Positions 53,857 through 62,800 of a stretch of 64,000 bases of DNA are shown piece by piece. The translations under genes were made by a program, and so were the position numbers. The stretch lies in the NCBI GenBank assembly GCA_040766105.1, contig JAXGRD010000005.1, forward strand, positions 138,178 to 202,177, written 5' to 3'. Below the pieces are notes generated by a model that searched no databases, was not told the DNA's origin, and was given only the letters and a program-made list of their open reading frames with translations. The stretch's first letter is position 1. Each line of letters begins with the position of its first letter. The DNA comes from Anaerovoracaceae bacterium (GTDB lineage: Bacteria; Bacillota; Clostridia; Peptostreptococcales; Anaerovoracaceae).

Positions 53857-54879
53857 ATGAAGAAAGTATTGGTAGTAGGATACGGTGTAATTGGGCAGAG
53901 ATTGGCGGACGGTGTGGCGGCCCAGGAAGATATGGAACTGGTAGGGGTGGTAGATGCTGCACCAACCTTGGGCTTGATGGCACTGAGGGAGAAGGGAATG
54001 CCATATAAACTGTACACCCCCAACCAAGAGAAAAAAGAACTGTTGGAAGAGAAAGGCTTTGAAATAACCGGTGTATTAGAGGATGTTCTGCCTGAAGTGG
54101 ATATCGTCTTAGATTCCACCAGCGCTGGCGTGGGTGCCCAAAACAAGGAGCTATATCTAAAGCATGGAAAAAAGGCCATCTTCCAAGGGGGTGAAAGCAA
54201 TGAAATTGCAGACATCTTTTTCCACGGCTATGCCAACTATGAAAAGGGCGTAGGGAAAGACTATTTAAAACTCACATCCTGTAATACTACGGGACTCATT
54301 CGAGCAATTCACTGCTTGGATAAGACGGTGGGAATTGAAAAAGTTGCCATTACCATTGTGAGAAGAGTCGCCGATCCGGGGGACTACCACAGAGGCTTGA
54401 CCAATGCGCTCCAGGTAGACAAGGCTCCCAGTCACCAAGCGGTGGACCTGATGACCATCATGCCTCACATTGATGCCACCGGTATACTGGTCCATACTCC
54501 AGTGACCCACGGCCACTTCATCACGGTTGTGGCAACACCGAAAGAGGACATCTCCGTGGAAGAAGTGAAAAAGGCCTTTGAGAGCCATGACAGAATCAGA
54601 GTCGTCAGCTTGGATCAGGGGTTCCTAGGCAATGCCTCTCTCTTCAAATATGCAAGAGATCTAGGTCGACCAAGGGGAGACCTATATGAAATATGTGTTT
54701 GGGAAGATACCATCGTAAAATCCGGAAAGGACATCATGTTTGGAATTCACATACCACAAGAATCCATTACCATTCCCGAGACCATCGACGGAATACGAGC
54801 TGCACTGGAAATGCAAACCGACGGAGCAGATGCCGTTGCAGCGACCAACAAGTATTTGGGGTTGCCGTCATGGAAGTAG
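53857..54879 (+). CDS. type II (archaeal-type) phosphorylating glyceraldehyde-3-phosphate dehydrogenase homolog
   Basis: 340 aa, colinear with archaeal GAPDH as I recall it: GYGVIGQRLADGV, KAIFQGGE, active-site SCNTTGL, VRRVADP, PSHQ. The stop codon is TAG. Confidence 0.8.
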   Translation: MKKVLVVGYGVIGQRLADGVAAQEDMELVGVVDAAPTLGLMALREKGMPYKLYTPNQEKKELLEEKGFEITGVLEDVLPEVDIVLDSTSAGVGAQNKELYLKHGKKAIFQGGESNEIADIFFHGYANYEKGVGKDYLKLTSCNTTGLIRAIHCLDKTVGIEKVAITIVRRVADPGDYHRGLTNALQVDKAPSHQAVDLMTIMPHIDATGILVHTPVTHGHFITVVATPKEDISVEEVKKAFESHDRIRVVSLDQGFLGNASLFKYARDLGRPRGDLYEICVWEDTIVKSGKDIMFGIHIPQESITIPETIDGIRAALEMQTDGADAVAATNKYLGLPSWK

Positions 54880-54896
54880 GCAGCAAGATCAAACAT

Positions 54897-56111
54897 ATGG
54901 ATGAGTTTGATTGTAAAGGGAAGACGGTGTTATTGCGGGTGGATATCAATTCCCCCATCGACAGTAAAACGAAAAAAATAGTCAACGAAAACAGGATTCA
55001 AAAAAGCATCCCCACCATCGAAGGTCTTCTCCAAAAGGGAGCAAGGCTTGCCATCATAGCTCACCAAGGAGACACCTTGGATTATCCAAACCTGATTTCC
55101 ATGGAGGAGCACGCTGCAAAACTGGGGAAATATCTTGGGAGAAAAGTGAAATACGTGGACGATGTGGCAGGTCCCGCCGCTCAACTGGCTGTGAAGAACC
55201 TAAGAGAAGGGGAGGCTGTTCTTCTGGGAAATTTAAGATACTTGACGGAAGAAGTGTCAACATTTGAGAATGCTGTGAAACTTTGCCCTGAGGAAATGAC
55301 GGAGACCTACTTGGTCCGCAACTTGGCACCATTGATGGACATCTACATCAATGATGCCTTTGCGGCAGCCCACAGAAATGCTCCTTCCATGGTGGCTTTT
55401 CAGGAACTCTTGCCCAGTGGGGGAGGTCTTCTCCTCATGGAAGAAGTATCTTCTCTTTCAAAAGTGTTGACGGACCCGGCAAAGCCCTGCGTTTTTGTGT
55501 TGGGAGGAGCGAAGATTTCGGATGCTTTCGGTATGATGGGAACTGTTCTGGCATCCGGTGCCGCGGACAAAATCTTGACCTGCGGAGTGACCGGCGAGAT
55601 TATGCTCATGGCACAGGGAATATCTTTGGGCAGTGTGAAGGAAGGTTTTATTAAGGATAGAGGACTGGATGTCTTTTGTAAGGATGCGGAAAAATACCTT
55701 TGGGATTATCCGGATAAGATATTGTTTCCTTGGGATTTGGCATATGAAAAGTCCTCCAAGAGAGAAGAAATCTTTGTGAATCGCTTGCCCCAAGAGGAAA
55801 TGTTCATGGACATTGGAGAAGAGACTATCAGGAGATACGGAGAAGAAATAAAAAAGGCTGCCACCATATTTGTCAACGGGCCTGCCGGAGCCTATGAGAA
55901 TCCAATCTTTGAAAAAGGGACAAGGGAAATCCTCGGTTATATAGCAGAAGCGAAGGGGTATTCTGTCATCGGCGGCGGTGATACGGTGGCAGCGGCACAA
56001 AAGTTGGTAGGAACCCAAGGGATTGATTATGTCAGCACTGCGGGAGGTGCCATGGTTCAATACATGTCCGGAAAAGAACTGCCCCTCCTGAAAGCAATGA
56101 TGAAGAAGTAG
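54897..56111 (+). CDS. archaeal-type phosphoglycerate kinase homolog
   Basis: MDEFDCKGKTVLLRVDINSPID...IIAHQGD...VKYVDDVAGP..LLGNLRYLTEE resembles archaeal rather than bacterial PGK. The start is 54897 or 54870. The track ORF from 54693 overlaps the previous gene. The stop codon is TAG. Confidence 0.75.
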   Translation: MDEFDCKGKTVLLRVDINSPIDSKTKKIVNENRIQKSIPTIEGLLQKGARLAIIAHQGDTLDYPNLISMEEHAAKLGKYLGRKVKYVDDVAGPAAQLAVKNLREGEAVLLGNLRYLTEEVSTFENAVKLCPEEMTETYLVRNLAPLMDIYINDAFAAAHRNAPSMVAFQELLPSGGGLLLMEEVSSLSKVLTDPAKPCVFVLGGAKISDAFGMMGTVLASGAADKILTCGVTGEIMLMAQGISLGSVKEGFIKDRGLDVFCKDAEKYLWDYPDKILFPWDLAYEKSSKREEIFVNRLPQEEMFMDIGEETIRRYGEEIKKAATIFVNGPAGAYENPIFEKGTREILGYIAEAKGYSVIGGGDTVAAAQKLVGTQGIDYVSTAGGAMVQYMSGKELPLLKAMMKK

Positions 56112-56118
56112 AAGGAGA

Positions 56119-57381
56119 GTGAAATTGCATAAGGTTCAATTGAAATACGGAAGGGGACAGGTGTCCCTTGCAATTCCTGATCATAATTACATGGGGACAT
56201 TGGTGCCCAAGGATAGGAGCGAATCTTGCAATGAAGAGGCGATAATTGCAGAGGCAATGAACCATCCCATTGGTACCCAGCGTCTAAGAGATATTGTACA
56301 GCCGGACAATAAGGTAGTAATTGTGACCAGCGATATTACACGACCTCTCCCCACCGATAGAATCCTGCCTTCTGTTCTTGAAGAATTGAAGGCAGGAGGG
56401 GTGGCGGAATCCAACATTACAGTCGTCTTCGCCTTGGGAAGCCATCGACCCCATACAGAAGAAGAAAAAATGAGATTGGTGGGAGCGGACATATACCACA
56501 GCGATGTTTTCCTCTTGGACAGCAACATGGAGGACTGCGTTAATTTGGGAACTTGTGACCACGGCACTCCTGCAGACATCTTCAAGCCTGTGGTGGATGC
56601 AGATGTTCGGGTGTGTCTGGGCAACGTAGAGTTTCACTATTTCGCCGGCTATTCGGGGGGAAGTAAGGCTCTCATGCCGGGCGTGTCCAGCCGCAGAGCG
56701 ATTCAAGCCAACCACTCCAACATGGTGAAGCCGGAAGCCCAATCGGGTAGGTTAGAGGGAAATCCAGTGAGGGAAGACATCGACCAAATCACAGAGTTCC
56801 TTCCCATTGAATTCATCGTCAACGTAGTTCTAAACGATAAGGTGAAGATTGTAAGCGCTTTTGCCGGTCATCACAGACTCGCTCATCGGGAAGGGTGCAA
56901 GGCAATCGATGATATGTACAAGATTGAAATCGAAAAGTCTGCGGACATTGTGGTGCTATCTCCCGGGGGCTTCCCCAAAGATATTAATCTCTATCAGGCC
57001 CAAAAGGGTTTGGACAATGCCCAACATGCGGTGAAAGACGGTGGAATCGTTATTTGGTGCGCTGCTGCGGGGGAAGGCTTCGGCGAAAAGAACTTTGAGG
57101 ATTGGATGGTCAATAAAAGCGTGGATGAAATGATTCAAGATATTTCCGAGAAGTTCCTGTTGGGTGCCCATAAAGCGGCAGCAATAGCCATGGTTCTGAA
57201 GAGGGCTTCCGTTTATCTTGTTTCCCAGTTGGAAGAAGAAACCGTTGAAAGAATTGGGTTTACGCACTTTGACTCGCCGCAATCCGCTCTTAATCATGCC
57301 TTATCCATTTTGGGAGAAGATGCGTCGGTGCTGGTAATGCCTTATGCAGGATCCACCTTGCCTTTCTGTCCTAACCTATGA
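56119..57381 (+). CDS. LarA-family nickel-pincer-dependent 2-hydroxyacid racemase/epimerase homolog
   Basis: 420 aa. GTG start behind GAAGGAG. GSHRPH, EFHYFAGYSGGSKALMPG and IQANHS match the LarA catalytic His/His, the cofactor-tethering Lys and the Ni-His positions as I recall them. Confidence 0.8.
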   Translation: MKLHKVQLKYGRGQVSLAIPDHNYMGTLVPKDRSESCNEEAIIAEAMNHPIGTQRLRDIVQPDNKVVIVTSDITRPLPTDRILPSVLEELKAGGVAESNITVVFALGSHRPHTEEEKMRLVGADIYHSDVFLLDSNMEDCVNLGTCDHGTPADIFKPVVDADVRVCLGNVEFHYFAGYSGGSKALMPGVSSRRAIQANHSNMVKPEAQSGRLEGNPVREDIDQITEFLPIEFIVNVVLNDKVKIVSAFAGHHRLAHREGCKAIDDMYKIEIEKSADIVVLSPGGFPKDINLYQAQKGLDNAQHAVKDGGIVIWCAAAGEGFGEKNFEDWMVNKSVDEMIQDISEKFLLGAHKAAAIAMVLKRASVYLVSQLEEETVERIGFTHFDSPQSALNHALSILGEDASVLVMPYAGSTLPFCPNL

Positions 57382-57423
57382 TATAATTCAGAAAATTCGT
57401 ATAATAATATCAAGGAGGTCGCT

Positions 57424-57753
57424 ATGGGTTATGTTAAAGTTGACTCCCTTGACCGGTTGCCACCGGGTCAAATGAAGGGGTACACAGTGGAAGGAAGAAA
57501 AATCCTCGTTGCAAATGTCGATGATTCCTTCTACGCCATGGACAATACCTGCCCCCACATGGGTGGTGTATTAAGTGAAGGAAAATTGGAAGGAAGCCAT
57601 GTGGTTTGTCCGAAACACGGGTCTATTTTTGATGTAACCAGTGGGAAGGCAGTGCAAGATGGCAAGATGTTTTTTATCAAAGCGAAGGTGCATGACTTGA
57701 AGGGGTATCAGGTCAAGATTGAGGGGGATGCTATTTTCATTGAAGTGGAGTAG
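57424..57753 (+). CDS. Rieske [2Fe-2S] ferredoxin-like protein
   Basis: 109 aa with CPHMGG ... CPKHGS (CxH...CxxH). The stop codon is TAG. Confidence 0.8.
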   Translation: MGYVKVDSLDRLPPGQMKGYTVEGRKILVANVDDSFYAMDNTCPHMGGVLSEGKLEGSHVVCPKHGSIFDVTSGKAVQDGKMFFIKAKVHDLKGYQVKIEGDAIFIEVE

Positions 57754-57764
57754 GGGGATTAGAG

Positions 57765-59657
57765 ATGAAAACAACGGGTTTTGTGATGAAAAAAAGGGGG
57801 AAGCGTGGAGTTGCCATATGCGTTGCCCTCATAGTTTTACTTGTAATGAACGTACAATATGTAAAGGCAGTGGAAGGACCTGCGGATCAGGTTTCTGTAG
57901 CTGCTGAAATCACATCCACCGACCCTACACTTTGTGAGAGGGAACTGCAAGGGCAGGTGGATTTTACCCTTCCTTTCATGGAGACTTATGTAGATATTAT
58001 TTTCATTCAAGATGCCAGCGGTTCTTTCACTAATACGATGGGGGATGTGAAGACTTCATTGAAGCACATGGTGGGGAACCTGGATTTAGGTACGGAGGCC
58101 AACGGATACCCTAAGGACAGAGCCATGGTGGTCACCTTTCAGGGATCACACGGCTTCGGAATTTCCTTTAATGACAGACCCATGGCCTTTGAAGATTATC
58201 ATAATTACTTTGGATATAAGATTACCTCCACGCCACTTACTACAGATGCGTCGGTTCTAAATACTGCAATTGACGGGATCAAACCTCTTGGTGCCACGCC
58301 CACCATTGACGGAATGGCAAGGGCGCAGGAGGATTATACGTCTGCGATTTCCGGAGACAATCCATACGATAACACCTTTTACACAAATAATGGAGAAGTT
58401 CGTCAGCGGCAGACGATATACTTTCTCATTACCGACGGTGTCGCCAACTCAGGCTATTATGAGAACTTTCCTGAAGGACATAAGCCTGTAGACCAACGAC
58501 CGGTGCCTGCCAATGACCATCCTTGGACTTGGGTGTACGAGGAAATGGGTAGACATTACTTTCAACTGTACTGGAATGACCCAAATACGACTGTCAGCGA
58601 ATACACTTATAACTATGCTGACACTGACGGCAATGTGAAGACCGAGAACTATCGAACTTTTACAGATGCCCTAGGAAAGCAGTATTATCTAATGAACCCG
58701 GATATCCCCATGCCTACTAACTATCACGCCGGACCATTGTTCATGTATGAAAAGAATAATATGGGGAATATTGTCATGTCATCAGTGACCTATGACCCTT
58801 GGGAGCACTTTCCCAAGATGGTTGCTGCCACTGTGGCTAAAGCTGATGAGATGAAAACCTTGGGCGGCTTGCCTGTGGACGAAAACCAGACAACTGGTCC
58901 CGCATGGTTTGTAGCGGCATACTGGGAAGATATAAACCGCTTCATTAGCGGAAAGCTCAATGGTATGATGTATGTTTCCCAAGTACAGCCCGTGGTATAC
59001 CAGGGTATGAATCAAATGGCAACAGACCCGGACTGGTTTGTAAAGCATGAGGAGGGAGAAGATGTCTCAGACTTCCATGAGAAGTTGGTCAATGCCTTTC
59101 ACGATGTAATGCTCGAGCAACAAAAGGGGAATCTATCCATCAAACTGGATCCACGGGTTATGGCAGACTCTTCCCAACAGTCACTTAGATACATAAAAGA
59201 GGATGGAACTTGGGAAAACATCGATATCACAGATAGGTTGACTCAGGAAGGGGACGATATTTATTTAAACTTGGATGCACTTCCCGGCGGTGATTATCAA
59301 TTCCGATTCAAGATGACGGAAGAGGAATACATTGATAAAGACTACGCACCCATGAAGGAAGTTTTGGTTGAACAGATTCATAGCAACGGCGAACCTGTTG
59401 GGGTGAAGTTAAACGAGGCAAAAGGAAATGTACCTGTCATCGAAGCTAATCCCAATGCCGATTGTGCGAAGAAAAGCAATCCACAGGTGACACCGGCGGA
59501 ACCGGAGAAGACGGAGGATGTTGCGGGAACGGTAGAAAAGAAAAGCCCGAGGACCGGGGACGAACAATCTATGTTTGGGGGAGTTCTCTTACTGGTCATT
59601 GGGGGAGCAACCATGGCGTGCATAATCTTACAAAAAAGACGGTATAATATACACTGA
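57765..59657 (+). CDS. secreted von Willebrand factor A-domain protein with an SPxTG cell-wall sorting signal
   Basis: Signal peptide (KRGVAICVALIVLLVMNVQYVKA), MIDAS FIQDASGSF, and C-terminal SPRTGDE plus a hydrophobic helix and KRRYN. Confidence 0.8.
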   Translation: MKTTGFVMKKRGKRGVAICVALIVLLVMNVQYVKAVEGPADQVSVAAEITSTDPTLCERELQGQVDFTLPFMETYVDIIFIQDASGSFTNTMGDVKTSLKHMVGNLDLGTEANGYPKDRAMVVTFQGSHGFGISFNDRPMAFEDYHNYFGYKITSTPLTTDASVLNTAIDGIKPLGATPTIDGMARAQEDYTSAISGDNPYDNTFYTNNGEVRQRQTIYFLITDGVANSGYYENFPEGHKPVDQRPVPANDHPWTWVYEEMGRHYFQLYWNDPNTTVSEYTYNYADTDGNVKTENYRTFTDALGKQYYLMNPDIPMPTNYHAGPLFMYEKNNMGNIVMSSVTYDPWEHFPKMVAATVAKADEMKTLGGLPVDENQTTGPAWFVAAYWEDINRFISGKLNGMMYVSQVQPVVYQGMNQMATDPDWFVKHEEGEDVSDFHEKLVNAFHDVMLEQQKGNLSIKLDPRVMADSSQQSLRYIKEDGTWENIDITDRLTQEGDDIYLNLDALPGGDYQFRFKMTEEEYIDKDYAPMKEVLVEQIHSNGEPVGVKLNEAKGNVPVIEANPNADCAKKSNPQVTPAEPEKTEDVAGTVEKKSPRTGDEQSMFGGVLLLVIGGATMACIILQKRRYNIH

Positions 59658-59730
59658 TTCTTGAATACCCCATATGAAATACTTTCATGAGGACGGCGAT
59701 TCTTAGGAGTAAGAAATGCCGTTCTCAATC

Positions 59731-59759
59731 TTGACTTTACCCTATCAGTAGTATAAACT
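59731..59759 (+). promoter_or_regulatory. sigma-A-like promoter (TTGACT-17 nt-TAAACT) upstream of nifJ
   Basis: Hexamers read directly, about 70 nt upstream of the ATG. Confidence 0.4.
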
Positions 59760-59827
59760 TCTATACATGTTTGAACAGGTAGGGAAGTAATTTGTTATTG
59801 TTCCCGTATACTTAAAGGGAGGAAATA

Positions 59828-62800
59828 ATGGCTAAAAAAATAATGAAAACAATGGATGGAAATACAGCCGCGGCATATGTATCTTATGCATTCACCGATG
59901 TTGCTGCTATTTATCCCATCACACCCAGTTCCCCCATGGCGGAAGTCGTGGATGAAATGGCTGCCCACGGGGAGAAGAATCTCTTTGGACAGGAAGTAAA
60001 GGTTGTAGAAATGCAGTCGGAAGCCGGCGCTGCAGGAGCTGTTCACGGTTCGTTGGCAGCAGGTGCACTGACTTCAACATATACAGCATCTCAGGGATTG
60101 CTTCTGATGATCCCCAACATGTATAAAATTGCAGGAGAATTCTTACCCTGTGTTTTCCACGTGTCCGCAAGAACCCTTGCGACCCATGCACTGTGTATCT
60201 TCGGCGACCATTCCGACGTAATGGCCACCAGACAGACCGGTTTTGCACTGCTTTGCTCCAGCTCGGTTCAGGAAGCAATGGACATGGCCGGAGTGGCACA
60301 TCTATCAACCATTAAGAGCAAAGTTCCATTCCTTCACTTCTTTGATGGATTCAGAACCTCTCACGAAGTACAGAAAATCGAAGCCATCGGATACGATGTA
60401 TTTGACAAGCTTTTGGATAAGAAAGCCGTCCAGGCATTCCGTGACAACGCTTTGAATCCGGAGCGTCCGGTTATTCGAGGAACCGCGCAGAACCCGGATA
60501 TCTTCTTCCAGGCAAGACAGGCAAGTGCTCCCATGTTCGAAAAGGTGCCAAAGATTGTAGAAGACTACATGAATGCTTTGGAAAAGGAAACAGGCAGAGC
60601 ATATAAGCCCTTTGACTATGTAGGTGCTCCCGATGCGGAGAACATTATCATTGCCATGGGTTCCGTCTGTGAGACCATTGAAGAGACCATGGATGTCCTC
60701 TTGAAGGAAGGGAAGAAGATTGGTCTTATCAAGGTTCGTCTATACAGACCTTGGTCCGTGGAACACATCATGAGCGTAATGCCAAAGTCGGTGAAGAGAA
60801 TTGCGGTTCTGGACAGAACCATGGAACCGGGTGCCATCGGGGATCCCCTTTACATGGATGTGAAGACCATGTACTTTGACGACAAAAAGGCACCGGAAAT
60901 CTATGGCGGTCGTTATGGCTTGGGTTCCAAGGATACTACACCGGGTCAAATCGTAGCAGTATTTAACAACTTGGAAGCAAAGAAGCCAAAGAATAACTTT
61001 ACCATAGGTATCACAGATGACGTAACCAACAGTTCCTTGGAGACTGTGGACATTTCCACCGAACCGGAAGGCACTGTAAGATGTAAGTTCTGGGGTCTTG
61101 GTTCCGACGGTACCGTAGGTGCCAACAAGCAGGCAATCAAGATTATCGGAGACAACACGGACATGTATGCCCAGGGATATTTCTCCTACGACTCCAAGAA
61201 GTCCGGCGGTATTACGGTTTCCCATCTTCGATTTGGAAAGAACAAGATTCAGTCCACCTATTTGATTAAGGAAGCGGACTTTGTGGCATGCCATACACAG
61301 GCTTATGTCTACCAGTATGATCTTCTCAAGGGACTGAAGAAGGGCGGTACCTTCCTCCTCAACTGTATTTGGAATGAAGAGGAACTGGACAAGCACCTTC
61401 CTGCAGCCATGAAGAGATATATCGCAAAGAACGACATTAAGTTCTACACCATAAACGCTACCGAGATTGGAAACAAAATCGGTCTGGGAACAAGAATCAA
61501 CATGATCATGCAGTCGGCATTCTTCAGCTTGACTAAGGTTATTCCTGTGGAAGATGCTGAGAAATATTTGAAAGACTCCATCCTCAAGTCATACGGCAAC
61601 AAGGGTGAGCATGTGGTCAACATGAACTACAATGCCGTCAATGAAGGTATGAAGGGTGCGGTACAGGTCAATGTACCGAAGGAGTGGAAGGATGCCCCTG
61701 ACGATAAGGTTAAGGTGGAAGATGTTCCTGAGTTCATTGAGAGCGTACTCATTCCCATGAACAAGCAAGAGGGAGACGATCTTCCTGTAAGCACCTTTGC
61801 AGACATTGCAGACGGTACCTTCCCATCGGGAACTGCCGCTTATGAAAAGCGTGGCGTTGCCGTAGAAGCACCCATGTGGATCAAGGAAAACTGTATTCAG
61901 TGTAACCAGTGTTCCTTCGTATGTCCTCACGCGTCCATTCGACCCTTCTTATTGACAGACGAGGAGAAGAAGAAGGCGCCCGGCGCATTTGAAACCATCA
62001 AGGCCAAGGGAAAAGGCTTTGAAGATTTGGATTACAGAATCCAGGTGGACACCTTAGACTGCTTGGGATGCGGAAACTGTGCAGACTCCTGTCCAGCCAA
62101 GGAAAAGGCATTGGTAATGCAGCCCTTGGAAACACAGGAAATTCAGATTCCCAACTGGAAATATGCAGTGACTCTTCCCATTAGAGACGACATTATGAAC
62201 AAGGAAACCGTAAAGGGATCCCAGTTCGCTATGCCTTATCTGGAGTTCTCCGGTGCCTGTGCAGGTTGTGGAGAAACACCGTATATCAAGGTTATTACAC
62301 AGCTCTTCGGAGACAGAATGATGATCGCCAACGCGACCGGTTGTTCCTCCATTTGGGGAGCCTCCGCGCCATCCACTCCTTACTGTAAGGATGCCGACGG
62401 CAGAGGACCTTCCTGGGCAAACTCCCTCTTCGAGGACAATGCCGAGTACGGAATGGGTATGGCAACAGGCGTACGACAGATGAGAGAAAAAATCAGAGAA
62501 ACCATGGAAAAACTTCTGGACATCACCGGTTATCCCGATGTTCTGGAAGCATGCAAGGCATGGATTGCCGGCTTTGATGACGGCGCCAACTCCAGAGCAC
62601 TTTCCGATGCAGTACTTGCTTCTTTGGAGGACAAGACATTTACCGACAGCGAAAGCGAGCTGGTAAACGATATTCTTGACAAGAAGGACTTCTTGGTTAA
62701 GAAATCCGTATGGTGTGTCGGCGGAGACGGCTGGTCCTATGACATCGGCTTCGGAGGCGTGGACCACGTTCTTGCCAGCGGCGAAGATATCAATATCCTG

